Source: Clostridia bacterium
GTDB taxonomy: Bacteria; Bacillota; Clostridia; Christensenellales; CAG-917
NCBI GenBank assembly: GCA_028710495.1
Contig: JAQUST010000005.1
Location: forward strand, 1,476 to 65,475
Length of the DNA: 64,000 nt
Reading direction: 5' to 3'
Both the position numbers and the translations under genes were made by a program. A model generated the notes under the pieces. It searched no databases, was not told where the DNA came from, and worked only from the letters and a program-made list of their open reading frames with translations. Within the stretch, counting starts at the first letter, position 1, and every line of letters begins with the position of its first letter. Positions 48,352-58,629 of the stretch are shown here, piece after piece.

Positions 48352-49449
48352 ATGAAAAAGAATTTGACTATATTTGAAAGTGGAAGCTGTTTTATATTCG
48401 CAATGCTCGCAATGACACTTTTGCAAACCATTTTTTCGCTCGCCCTCACAAACAATAATACAGTTTTTGGCGGAATGCTTGTATCAAACTGGGTGTATTA
48501 TATTGTCAATCAAGTGGCGATTATTTCCGTTGTTGTCATTTTTTTGAAAGTAAAGAAAAATGATTTTTTGCAGACAACCCGTCTGAGTGGAAAGCTCAAC
48601 ATTAAGCAAATAATCCTTTTGCCATTTATTGCGATTTTCACAATAGTAGCATTTCTGCCATTGTCTCAAATTTTTGCAAATTTTCTTTTTGCCATTGGAT
48701 GGAGTGGAGGTGTTAGCGCTCCGCTTTCTTCAAATATAGGCGTATATCTTTTCAGCATTCTAGTGATAGCTCTGTTTCCTGCATTCGGAGAGGAACTTCT
48801 TATGCGTGGTGCATTGCTTTCGGGGCTTAAGTCGCGAACTCCGTTGTTTGCGGTTTTGATTTGCTCGCTTATTTTTTCGCTAATGCACGCAAATGCTATT
48901 CAGACAGTGCATCAATTCTTTTTCGGTATTGTGCTTTGCGTGACCTGTATGATGTCGCGCTCTCTTATTGCGCCAATAATACTGCATTTTTTGAACAACT
49001 TCATCAGCTTGACGATAACTGCATATGTACCTGCATTAAACAACCTCGATTTGGGAGCGTACAACTATCTGTTGTGGGTGTGTTGTATAATAATTGGAGC
49101 AGTAGTTCTTATATTTCTGCTATTTCTTTTTAACGATGCTTCAGGTGGAAAGAATGGAAAAGGCTCAAAAGGAGTTTGGTCGCAAACTTCATACGAGGGT
49201 TTTTCGCTTTACACAACGGATGAAAGCGCAGCACAGATTGGGGCAAACAGAAAACCGAATATATTCTCAAGATACTTCAGATTTTTCAAAAGCTTGTTTT
49301 CAAAGCGCGGATGGAAATCCGTGTCATTGGCGCTCGAGGACGAAACAAGTTATACTTCATTGCAGAATAAAGAAAGTATGTCTATATGGTTCGCGCTCGG
49401 GTTTGTTGTGTTTTGGTGGATTGTAGCACTTATCAGGGGGTTCTTATGA
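48352..49449 (+). CDS. CPBP-family intramembrane glutamic endopeptidase
   Basis: It is multi-TM and carries the motifs EELLMRG, FSLMHAN and HFLNNF. Confidence 0.82.
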   Translation: MKKNLTIFESGSCFIFAMLAMTLLQTIFSLALTNNNTVFGGMLVSNWVYYIVNQVAIISVVVIFLKVKKNDFLQTTRLSGKLNIKQIILLPFIAIFTIVAFLPLSQIFANFLFAIGWSGGVSAPLSSNIGVYLFSILVIALFPAFGEELLMRGALLSGLKSRTPLFAVLICSLIFSLMHANAIQTVHQFFFGIVLCVTCMMSRSLIAPIILHFLNNFISLTITAYVPALNNLDLGAYNYLLWVCCIIIGAVVLIFLLFLFNDASGGKNGKGSKGVWSQTSYEGFSLYTTDESAAQIGANRKPNIFSRYFRFFKSLFSKRGWKSVSLALEDETSYTSLQNKESMSIWFALGFVVFWWIVALIRGFL

Positions 49450-50708
49450 GAGTAACAAAACGCAACTGGACAGTTTCAATGATATATTTCATTGTCGTTA
49501 TGCTGACCCTTGTGCTCAGGATTTCGTTTTCACTAGGCTTGTCTTCATATGTGCCTATTAACAGCGATTATTTGTTCACCATTTCAGTGCAAATAGTGAT
49601 TTTTGGAATAGTGCCTTTTGTGATGTACAGTTTATCTCAGTTCAGTTTTTCGGATCGCACACTTCCTCCGCTAAAGTCTATGGCGTGGAGATTTGGATTT
49701 ACTAAAAAAGTAAGCGGACGCAACTGGCTTAGAATTATTGCGATAACATTTCTTATGATGTTCACAGCGACATTCATTTCGTGGATGTGGCAATCGGTTT
49801 TGAGTGCTTTGGGGTTTGTTCAAACATCATCGCGAACAGAATATGCGAACATCGGCGTATTGTTTATGCAACTGCTTATGGTTGGAGTTTTGCCGGCGAT
49901 ATTCGAGGAGTTCACGCACCGCGGTTTGATTTTTGCTGGGTTCAGAAGCAACAATTTGAAAAACGGCTGGAAGTTGGTTTTGATTTCTGCGCTGTTCTTT
50001 TCGCTTATGCATCAAAACATCAGGCAGACTGGCTACACGTTTTATGACGGTATAATTATGGGCTTGCTGTGTTACTACACCGGCAGTATTTTCCCAAGTA
50101 TGTTTGCTCATTTTATCAACAATGCAGGCGCAGTTTTGTCGGACTATTCATCTCAACAAGGCGGTTTGTATGCCTATGTCGACAGAATATATGATTGGCT
50201 TATGTCTTCAGCGGCGGGCTTTGCCGTGTTTATGTTCAGCGTTATTTTGGCAATTAGTTTGCTGATATTGCTATTTTACCGTATGAGGAATGACTTCATA
50301 AAAGAGCAGACCGACATACGTTTGAAACGAGCTGTGGCAGATGGAGATATATTTGTTGTCGATGAAAGTATAGTCACTCAAAAAGTCGTAGAAAGTGATG
50401 ACGCAAATTTAAATATGGAAATAAACGCAAGTGATAATTTGGTGCAGTCAATAAACAATTCGATTGTTTCGGATGCGCTTTCAAGTTCAGCTTCTGACTC
50501 GGACTTAAACAATGAAAATGATTTAACAAGTGAAGAAAAAACCGAAACAGGCAAAATGTATCCTATCAATGAAACGACTTTGCCCGATGATTTCAGCAAG
50601 GATTTTGATAAACCTGACCGCCACCGCAAACAAGTTTGGGTGTGGGCGACAATAGGCGTTGGTGTTGCGTGTGCAGTTCTCTCATTTGTATGGGGGATGC
50701 TAAGATGA
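49446..50708 (+). CDS. CPBP-family intramembrane glutamic endopeptidase (second copy) with an acidic C-terminal extension
   Basis: The start ATG at 49446 overlaps the upstream stop (ATGA). It carries the motifs EEFTHRG, FSLMHQN and HFINNA, then a D/E/S/N-rich tail and a terminal TM helix. Confidence 0.8.
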   Translation: MRVTKRNWTVSMIYFIVVMLTLVLRISFSLGLSSYVPINSDYLFTISVQIVIFGIVPFVMYSLSQFSFSDRTLPPLKSMAWRFGFTKKVSGRNWLRIIAITFLMMFTATFISWMWQSVLSALGFVQTSSRTEYANIGVLFMQLLMVGVLPAIFEEFTHRGLIFAGFRSNNLKNGWKLVLISALFFSLMHQNIRQTGYTFYDGIIMGLLCYYTGSIFPSMFAHFINNAGAVLSDYSSQQGGLYAYVDRIYDWLMSSAAGFAVFMFSVILAISLLILLFYRMRNDFIKEQTDIRLKRAVADGDIFVVDESIVTQKVVESDDANLNMEINASDNLVQSINNSIVSDALSSSASDSDLNNENDLTSEEKTETGKMYPINETTLPDDFSKDFDKPDRHRKQVWVWATIGVGVACAVLSFVWGMLR

Positions 50709-51163
50709 AGATAAATCTTGTTGCTGTAGGGAAAATCAAAGATAAGTTTTTTGTTGATGCCATAAGCGAATATCAAAAACGCATTACAAGATTTTGCAAC
50801 TTAAATATAATCGAAGTCGCAGAAGCTCCGCCAGCTAAAAGTGTAACTGAGCAGATTTTGGAAGAAAGCAATAGGCTGCAAAATGCATGCAAGGGGTTTG
50901 TGATAGCATTGGACAGCGGCGGCGCACATCTTTCAAGTGAGGGATTAGCGGAATTTCTGGACAAACAAATGTCAAAAGGTGCAAGCGAATTTTCATTTGT
51001 GATTGGGGGTTCAAACGGACTCGGTGATGAAATAAAGGCGAAAGCGGATTTTACTTTATCATTTAGCAAATTGACATTTCCGCATCAGCTTTTCAGAGTT
51101 ATGGCTCTTGAACAAATATACCGCGCGCTTTCAATCAATGCGGGACTTCCGTATCATAAGTGA
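50705..51163 (+). CDS. rlmH: 23S rRNA (pseudouridine1915-N3)-methyltransferase RlmH
   Basis: It begins MKINLVAVGKIKDKFFVDAISEYQKRI... and ends ...LSFSKLTFPHQLFRVMALEQIYRA (SPOUT knot). The ATG at 50705 overlaps the upstream stop. Confidence 0.85.
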   Translation: MKINLVAVGKIKDKFFVDAISEYQKRITRFCNLNIIEVAEAPPAKSVTEQILEESNRLQNACKGFVIALDSGGAHLSSEGLAEFLDKQMSKGASEFSFVIGGSNGLGDEIKAKADFTLSFSKLTFPHQLFRVMALEQIYRALSINAGLPYHK

Positions 51164-51450
51164 TTTTTGTCTGCCCAAACCAATAAATTCTAATTTTTGC
51201 ACAAACAAATTTTCTAATATTTCGTTGGAGCAAATAAATCGAACTTCAAATATTATTGTTGAAATAGATGAATTAAACTTTTGTTTATTATTTTAGAAAC
51301 AAGATAAATTGACTTTTAAACATCATTTTTGAATAAGAAAATCAAACTAATTATTTGGCTCCAAGCTATAAACTTGCCTTATTCAACAAATATGATGCTA
51401 TATCAAAATTTGTTTGTGACCCAACAAACTAATTTTGAATAAAATATGTT

Positions 51451-52311
51451 ATGTATTTATATTCAGATTTGCAAAGAGATATGGAGTTGCTCTCAAACTT
51501 TGGCAGAGTGTTTTCGATAGGGAAAAGCGAACTAGGTCGCGAGATACTTGCGGTGCAGTTCGGGAAAACTCCGCGAATCTTATTGTTTGGTGCAATCCAC
51601 GCAAGAGAATGGATTACTGTGCCGTTGCTTGTTGAACTTGCAAAAATCTTCGGGAAACAGAAAAACTCGGATTTGAAAATCAACTCAGTGACTGATATTG
51701 CTTTTGTGCCAATGGTCAACCCTGATGGAGTCGAACTTTGCCAGCGCGGAGTGAACTCAATGCCTTTGCAAAAAAGAAAATCGCTTTTGCGTGTGAACGG
51801 AAATTCAGATTTTTCGCTTTGGAAAGCCAACGCAAATGCAGTTGACCTCAACGTAAATTTTGATGCAAAATGGGGAAGCGGAGCTCAGAATGTTATTGAG
51901 CCATCATCTGCAAACTATATCGGGCAATATCCCTTTTCCGAAAGCGAAACCCGCGCAATCGCTGATTTTTCAAAATTATCGACAGTTGCACTCGCATATC
52001 ATACAAAAGGTGAAGTCATATATTATGGATTTGATGGAGACAATAGTGACAAATTCTATGCGGACAAATTTGGTCGGGAACTAGGCTATGAAGTATTGAC
52101 AAGTGAGGACTCGGCAGGAGGTTTCAAGGACTGGTTTGTGCAAAACAATTTGGGAGTCGGTTTGACCATAGAATGTGGCGATGACAACTGGAAACATCCG
52201 ATTTCTATGGTTTATCTTCCAAAATTGATAGATAAACATAAAAATATGGGAAATTTGGCTATAGAGGTTGCAAATGACTACGGCAGAGAAATACATGAAA
52301 ATCGCCATTGA
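51451..52311 (+). CDS. M14-family zinc carboxypeptidase (gamma-D-glutamyl-meso-diaminopimelate peptidase-like)
   Basis: It has the zinc ligands HAREW (GAIHAREWIT) and the later YHTKGEVIYY region, with the typical N-terminus Y..L..D...L. Confidence 0.75.
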   Translation: MYLYSDLQRDMELLSNFGRVFSIGKSELGREILAVQFGKTPRILLFGAIHAREWITVPLLVELAKIFGKQKNSDLKINSVTDIAFVPMVNPDGVELCQRGVNSMPLQKRKSLLRVNGNSDFSLWKANANAVDLNVNFDAKWGSGAQNVIEPSSANYIGQYPFSESETRAIADFSKLSTVALAYHTKGEVIYYGFDGDNSDKFYADKFGRELGYEVLTSEDSAGGFKDWFVQNNLGVGLTIECGDDNWKHPISMVYLPKLIDKHKNMGNLAIEVANDYGREIHENRH

Positions 52312-52726
52312 ATTGGCAAAAGAAGCAGCGGAGAATGATGAGGTTCCTGTTGGTGCGATTGTTGTGAAAAATGGCGAAATTATTGCAAAAGCGTTCAATC
52401 AAAAAGAAACTCAAAACTGCGCTACCCGTCACGCGGAAATCATTGCGCTTGAGAATGCAAGCAAAGCGGTTGGCAACTGGTGGCTTGAAGATTGCGAACT
52501 TTTCGTGACGCTAGAGCCTTGCACAATGTGTGCCGGAGCTATGGTGCTTTCGAGAATAGAAAAATTGTATTTTGGAGCATATGATGAAAAAACCGGAGCA
52601 GTCGGTTCGGTCACGAATGTTTTGGAGCAAAAGTCTAATCACAAAATTGAGTACGAAGGCGGAGTTCTTCAAGATGAGTGTTCAAAACTGCTTTCCGACT
52701 TTTTCAAGGCAAAACGGAAAAATTGA
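52295..52726 (+). CDS. tadA: tRNA adenosine(34) deaminase
   Basis: It has the CDA motifs HAEIIAL and TLEPCTMCAGAM. The start is taken at the ATG at 52295 (MKIAIELAKEA...), overlapping the M14 gene by 17 nt. Confidence 0.88.
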   Translation: MKIAIELAKEAAENDEVPVGAIVVKNGEIIAKAFNQKETQNCATRHAEIIALENASKAVGNWWLEDCELFVTLEPCTMCAGAMVLSRIEKLYFGAYDEKTGAVGSVTNVLEQKSNHKIEYEGGVLQDECSKLLSDFFKAKRKN

Positions 52727-53006
52727 TTTTATAGTGCAAGGAATATTAAATCGTTAAATTTAGAAATTGAATAATACTAGAACAAAATATAATCAAAAAT
52801 TAAATTACTCTGGAAATCTAATAACATTAAAAACAGAATAACAATAAAAATAGAATCAAAATATAAATCAAGATTAAGTTCTTGACATCCAAGGAATATA
52901 AAGTTTTCTAAAGCATTTTAATTCATTTATCATTGAAATTCAATATAAATAGAAAACAATATTTTGATTTTTGTATGGAATTTGAGAGTCGCGCATAATT
53001 TATGGT

Positions 53007-54605
53007 ATGCGTGATTTTTTTATATATTTTCTAAAGAGTGAAAATGACAGCAAAATGGTGTTGGGACGCAAGGCAAGTGATTTTGTGTTGCAGGAATTTC
53101 AAAATCTTCCGCACCAAATCCTGATTGAAAACGAAAGCCCAACATTTGATGTAGAGGGCGATTTTCAATATTTTTGCGTTTTCTATCTTGATATGGCTCT
53201 GCTTTCAAAAAATGCAGTGCGCCGAGCTGTCGACACAATGTGGCGAAGAAACATTCCTTTCATCAGAACAGGGGAAGGCTATATCGTGAAGCGTGGTCAT
53301 GAAGTCAGTCCGCAAGGTTTTAGTGTCAATGATGATAGTTTTTTGTCGATAGGGGATACAAAAGCTTATGAATTGGTGTATAATAATTTGAGGCAGCAAA
53401 TTGTGCGCAGGCATATTACCGCAGAAGTTGAAATTGCGGACGAAAAAAGCGTTCACATTGATGACACTGTTATTATTGAGCCGAAAGCAAAAATTTTGCC
53501 TTTCACCCGAATTTGTGGCAAAAGCGCAATACACTCAGGCGCGGAAATTTCTGCAAGCGAACTTTGTGATTGTGAGATTGAAGCAAATGCTAGTGTGATT
53601 CATTCATACCTTACCGACAGTTATGTCGGAGAGAGTGCAACAGTTGGACCATATGCAAGACTCAGAGGTGCCAAAATCCTCGCACGCGCGCGTGTAGGAG
53701 ACTTTGTCGAAGTCAAAGCATCAACGCTTGGCGAGGGCGCAAAAGTCGCTCATTTGACTTATATAGGCGATGCTGAGGTGGGAGCGAGAACAAATCTGGG
53801 TTGCGGAACTGTGTTTTGCAACTATGACGGCAAGCTTAAACATCATACAAAAGTTGGCGAGGATTGTTTCATCGGCGCAAACACAAATTTGATTGCACCT
53901 ATTGAAGTTGGGGACAGAGCATTTGTTGCAGCGGGCACAACACTCACAAAAAGCGTGGATAGTGATGTGTTTTGTATCGGACGAGTGCGGCAGGAAATAA
54001 GAGAAAAACCATACAAAAAAGACAGCAAGGTTATTATTGAGCAAAATGAAATGAACGCTTTGAAAGAGCAGAATAGCGCAAAAGACGTCGCACGCAATGA
54101 ACAGAATAAAGAGGAAACAACAGTTTCTCAAGCAGAAGCTATGATTGTACATCAAGTTCAAAATGACGAAGAAAAGACTTTGTGTGGGGAATTTATTAAA
54201 GAACATCAAGAGCAGAACGAAACTGAAACAGTTGTACCTCTAGGTCTAAATGATTATGAAAAAGCAGCTTCACAAGAGCGGGACAGCAAAGATACCGCTG
54301 AACAAAATGAAAAAATAGCTCCTCAAGAGCAGTATTACAAAGACATAAAAACAAAGGAAGACAGCAATGAAACTCATTATCGGGCTTGGCAATCCCACAA
54401 TAAAGTATCGAGGAACCTATCACAATCTAGGCTTTATGGTTGTAGACGAACTCGCGGATTTGCTAAAAGTCAAAATCAAAAACAAAGAATGTCAGGCGCT
54501 CACCGCAACAACTTCAATAGGGGGCGAATTGGTCGTGCTTGCAAAACCGCAAACTTTTATGAATTTGTCGGGCGAAAGTGTAAAACAACTTGCAAGAAAG
54601 TATAG
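53007..54605 (+). CDS. GlmU-like protein: intact left-handed beta-helix acetyltransferase domain, truncated or degenerate N-terminal nucleotidyltransferase domain, and a long low-complexity tail
   Basis: Residues from about 125 to 340 are colinear with the C-terminal half of GlmU ([103 protein letters not shown]). No LAAGKGTRM-type loop is present. The start is uncertain because the ATG at 53007 sits inside a terminator-like hairpin; the next ATG is at 53055. The ORF has no stop until 54605, which is inside pth. Confidence 0.6.
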   Translation: MRDFFIYFLKSENDSKMVLGRKASDFVLQEFQNLPHQILIENESPTFDVEGDFQYFCVFYLDMALLSKNAVRRAVDTMWRRNIPFIRTGEGYIVKRGHEVSPQGFSVNDDSFLSIGDTKAYELVYNNLRQQIVRRHITAEVEIADEKSVHIDDTVIIEPKAKILPFTRICGKSAIHSGAEISASELCDCEIEANASVIHSYLTDSYVGESATVGPYARLRGAKILARARVGDFVEVKASTLGEGAKVAHLTYIGDAEVGARTNLGCGTVFCNYDGKLKHHTKVGEDCFIGANTNLIAPIEVGDRAFVAAGTTLTKSVDSDVFCIGRVRQEIREKPYKKDSKVIIEQNEMNALKEQNSAKDVARNEQNKEETTVSQAEAMIVHQVQNDEEKTLCGEFIKEHQEQNETETVVPLGLNDYEKAASQERDSKDTAEQNEKIAPQEQYYKDIKTKEDSNETHYRAWQSHNKVSRNLSQSRLYGCRRTRGFAKSQNQKQRMSGAHRNNFNRGRIGRACKTANFYEFVGRKCKTTCKKV

Positions 54606-54939
54606 CGCTTATCCAGAAGATATTTTTGTTGCCTTTGATGACGCGGATATACCGCTTGGAAAACTTCGCATAAAAACGGAGGGTAGCGGTGGCACACACA
54701 ATGGTATGAAAAATATTGTGAGCGAGCTGAATTCGCAGAACTTTAAGCGAATAAAAGTGGGTATGAAGTGTCCGGAACTTGAAGACCGCAGCATCAATAT
54801 AAAAGACAAAGTACTTTCAAAAATTGAATACGAAGACAAACCTCTGCTTCAAAAATCCATACGAACTGCAGCAAAAGCACTCCTTGACTATTTGAAGGGC
54901 GCAGATATTGACAAAATAAAGTTGCACTTAAACGACTGA
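54367..54939 (+). CDS. pth: peptidyl-tRNA hydrolase
   Basis: It begins [27 protein letters not shown], has [10 protein letters not shown], and is 190 aa long. It lies upstream of mfd as in Bacillus. Confidence 0.92.
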   Translation: MKLIIGLGNPTIKYRGTYHNLGFMVVDELADLLKVKIKNKECQALTATTSIGGELVVLAKPQTFMNLSGESVKQLARKYSAYPEDIFVAFDDADIPLGKLRIKTEGSGGTHNGMKNIVSELNSQNFKRIKVGMKCPELEDRSINIKDKVLSKIEYEDKPLLQKSIRTAAKALLDYLKGADIDKIKLHLND

Positions 54940-57900
54940 TGAAACTTGACTTTTTGAAATTACAAAACATAGGTGGCGTGTTCTCTAACATAGAAAACGC
55001 CATAAATGCACCAAAATCTTACCTTTACAGGCATTTGCCTGCAATTTCCATATTAAAACTTACAGACGGTGCAAAACAACATCTTACCTCTGCCTTAACT
55101 GGAACGAGGCTTTTTGTCGTTGCAGACAGACTCGCTGCAAGAAATGCTGTTGAAAAGCTCAATGGGATGAAAGAAAACAGCGCTGTCTATTTGTCGGAGC
55201 GCGATGATACTCTTTTGAATATAAAAAGTATTTCCAAAGCTTCATTGTCGGACAGAATAAACGCATTAAGCAAGCTTGTTGACGGCACGGCTGAAATTGT
55301 GGTTGTGACTGCTGAGGGATTGCTCCAAAAATATGCTTCACCAAATTTGTTTTCAGAACTTCAAGTCCGCTTGTCACTTGACACAGAAATTGCCCCTCAA
55401 GACTTGGCAGACAAACTTTCGCGCGCTGGCTACACAAGAGTAGACACGGTTTCTGAGGAGGGTGAATTTGCACTTCGAGGTGACATTTTTGATGTGTATC
55501 CAATGGGAAGACAACACCCTATCCGCATAAACTTTTTTGATGATTTAGTAGAAAGCATAAAACAGTTTGAGCTCAACACTATGACTTCAAATCGTGAATT
55601 TGGTGAACTGACTATTCCGCCTGCAAGCGATATTTTGGTTGACGAAAAAAGTCTTAGAGAAATTGCGGGAAAAGGAAGTAGCGAGGGAATTTCACCGCAA
55701 GCACAAAGTGTATTGTCAGAGCTGACTTCGAGAGCTTCAGTAGGTGCGTGTCCTGCCGAGTTAGTGTGGTTGAGACCGTTTTTGAAATGTGCGCAGTCCT
55801 CGGTTTTTGAGTATTTGACAAGTGGTGGAATAATAGTTATTGATGAGCCAAAAGTAGTACGTGAAAAGTTGGAACTGTGCCAAAAGGAACACGAAAGTCG
55901 CGTGCAGTCATTGCTGAGTGCCGGCGAAATTGCTCCCGAACACAAAAACGCAATCTTTTTTATGGACAGCATTTTGCAAAGTCTTGAAGATTTTCGACTT
56001 ATGAGCTTATCGTCGATGAGCACAACAAATCCATTGTTCAAGCCCACTGCTGTATTCACGCCCGACTGCCGACCTGTGACGAAATACTATCTTGACACAA
56101 CAGCGCTTGTTGCTGACATAAGGGTGTACTTGTTAAACGGCTTCAAAGTGGTGCTTTGCGCGCGTACAAAAGAGGCTGCGCAATCAGTTTTTGAAAGTCT
56201 GAGAGAGAATTATGCAGCAATAACACTTGAAGGCGAACCAGAGTTTTCGAAGGTTTTGGTTACGGCGCTTGGAGTGGAAACAGGGTTTTTGTATCCCGAG
56301 CGAAAAGTATTGGTTGTGGGTGCGAATGAGCTTATTGGCAAAAGGCACGACGTTGGCAGAATTTCACCGAAAAGCACCTTTATAGACTTAAAAGAGGGTG
56401 ATTACGTAGTACATTCGGTGCATGGTGTGGGAATTTGCGCAGGCACAACCCGAATGAAAATCGGTGATTTTGAAAAAGAATTTATAGTTTTGAGATATCA
56501 AAATAATGACATTCTTTATGTCGCTATTGACCAAATGGATTCGCTCCACAAGTTTATCGGAGAAGAAAATCCTCCTCTCAATCGACTTGGCGGAAAGGAC
56601 TTTTTGCGAGAAAAGGAAAAGGTCAAAAAATCCCTTCGCAAGCTTGCTATCAATCTTTTGCAACTTTATGCCGAACGCGAAAAAATCAAAGGTTTCACAT
56701 ATGTTTCGGACACTGAATGGCAAAAAGAATTCGAAGATGCCTTTCCGTATGACGAGACAGTTGACCAGCTTACTGCAATAAACACAATAAAGAGTGAAAT
56801 GGAAAGCGGAAAGGTAGTTGACCGACTTTTGTGCGGAGATGTTGGATTCGGCAAAACAGAAGTTGCATTCCGCATAATGTTCAAAACGGTTTTGGAAAGC
56901 AAGCAAGCTGTGCTTCTTGCTCCGACAACAATTTTGTGCAAACAGCATTTTGAACTTTTGAGCGAAAGGTTGAAGCCGTTCGGTATTGAGTGCAGATGTA
57001 TGTCGCGTATGCAAACTCCTGCTGAAAATTCAGAAACATTAAGTATGCTTGCCGACGGAACATTGTCCGTGGTTGTGGCAACGCACAGAATTTTGTCAAA
57101 GGATGTGCAGTTTGCGGATTTGGGACTTTTGGTCTTGGATGAGGAACAGCGCTTTGGTGTTGAACACAAAGAAAGGCTCAAAGAGAAATACCCGACCATA
57201 AATGTGCTCACTTTGTCGGCAACTCCAATACCGCGCACGCTAAATATGACGCTTTCGTGGGTTAGAGATATCAGTTTGCTTTAAACCGCGCCGAAAGGTC
57301 GATTGCCTGTGCAAACTTATGTCGTGGAATACAGTGATGCACTAATATTCGATGCGATAACCAGAGAAGTTTCAAGAGGCGGACAAGTGCTTATTTTGTA
57401 TAATTGCGTTGAGCATATAGGAACTTTCAAGCAACAGCTCGAAAGCAAGTTGCCTGATGGTATAAAAGTTATTTACGCTCACGGACAGATGTCTCCGACT
57501 GAACTTGAAAACAGGATGTCAAAATTCTATGATAAACAATATGATGTTTTGGTTGCCACGACAATAATCGAAAACGGAATTGATTTGCCTGATGCCAACA
57601 CGCTTATTGTTGTTGATTCTGCACATTTTGGATTAAGTCAATTATACCAGTTGCGCGGGCGAGTTGGGAGGCGCGGAGTTTTGGCGCACGCATATTTCAC
57701 AGTTCCTCGCACAGACTCAATGAATTCGACCGCGCAAAAGCGTTTGACAGCGCTTATGGAAAACACGGAAATAGGAAGCGGATTCAAAATTTCTATTGCT
57801 GACCTTTCCATTCGCGGAGCAGGTACTTTGCTCGGCGCGGAACAGCACGGTCACATTGAGCGTGTGGGCTACGAAATGTATATCGAACTTCTAAACCGCA

Positions 57901-58382
57901 CGGTTGAGGAGCTTCGCACCGGAAAAACATCGAATGAGCAGGAAATAGATTTTAAAGTCGACGCTTCGACTTATATACGCAACGATTATGTCAGCGCACG
58001 CGATAAGTTGCGCATTTACAAACGCATTTCAGCGATAACATCGATTGCGGATAGAGATGCTTTGGTGGCAGAATTGACAGAGGTGTATGGCGATGTCGAT
58101 GCTCCGCTCCGAAATCTTATGGGAGTAGCTCTCATCAAAAATCTTGCGAGAGGGCTTGATGTCAAGAGTATCATTGTCAACAAGCGTGGAGTCGGAGTCA
58201 ATTTCCACACCGATTCAGTTTTTGCAAACCCTGAGCTTTTGGGCGTTATTTCCGAGCATCCGAAAGAAGTTTTGTTGACTTCAACCATTCCTCCGTCACT
58301 TGTTTTCAAGTCTGAAGGCTTGACTCCGGAAGAAAAAATAGATATTTTGGTGCATTTCTTCTCAGAGGTTGTTTCAAAGTAA
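54939..58382 (+). pseudogene. mfd: transcription-repair coupling factor Mfd interrupted by an in-frame TAA at 57282-57284
   Basis: ORFs 54939..57284 and 57303..58382 are in the same frame and together are colinear with Mfd (CGDVGFGKTEVA; LVLDEEQRFGV; LSATPIPRTL; QLRGRVGR). The junction ...[24 protein letters not shown] aligns with Bacillus ...[25 protein letters not shown], so the stop replaces a conserved Glu. Confidence 0.88.
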
Positions 58383-58498
58383 AATTACGAATGCAACATA
58401 TCTTGTGGCATCATAAAAAAACAGCCACAATATAGCAAAAACAGGTTGCATAATTGTGGCTTTCACCAATTTTTCACAATTAAAAATGTCGAAAACTC

Positions 58499-58527
58499 TT
58501 GCATACACGCGTGCAGTTGTGTATAAT
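58499..58527 (+). promoter_or_regulatory. promoter of the 757-aa lipoprotein gene
   Basis: TTGCAT (58499-58504), a 17-nt spacer, then TATAAT (58522-58527). Confidence 0.55.
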
Positions 58528-58629
58528 TGTTTTTACTGTTGTATAATAATTTATAACTAAATAGTCGTGCGGATTTCTTTTAGACGAAAATCAAAAATTT
58601 GCATTAGACTTGAAATGGAGAAACTATAG

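Noticed and set aside
52727-53006. The SRP (4.5S/scRNA) gene expected near tadA by Bacillus synteny.
   Set aside because: No GGUGCUGUUU...AGGUCAGG...GGAAGCAGCC-type conserved helix 8 sequence is present. The region is A-rich, low-complexity DNA.
54933-54975. CTGATGA...GAAA at the pth/mfd junction as a hammerhead ribozyme core.
   Set aside because: There is no stem II hairpin between the two boxes and no flanking stems I or III. The sequence is the TGATG stop/start overlap of two coding genes.
57282-57284. Stop-codon reassignment or read-through explaining the TAA in mfd.
   Set aside because: TAA is used as the terminator of many well-delimited genes in this window (for example ferredoxin, serS and the lipoprotein gene ending at 31105). 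A reassigned code is therefore not tenable, and no read-through context is evident.
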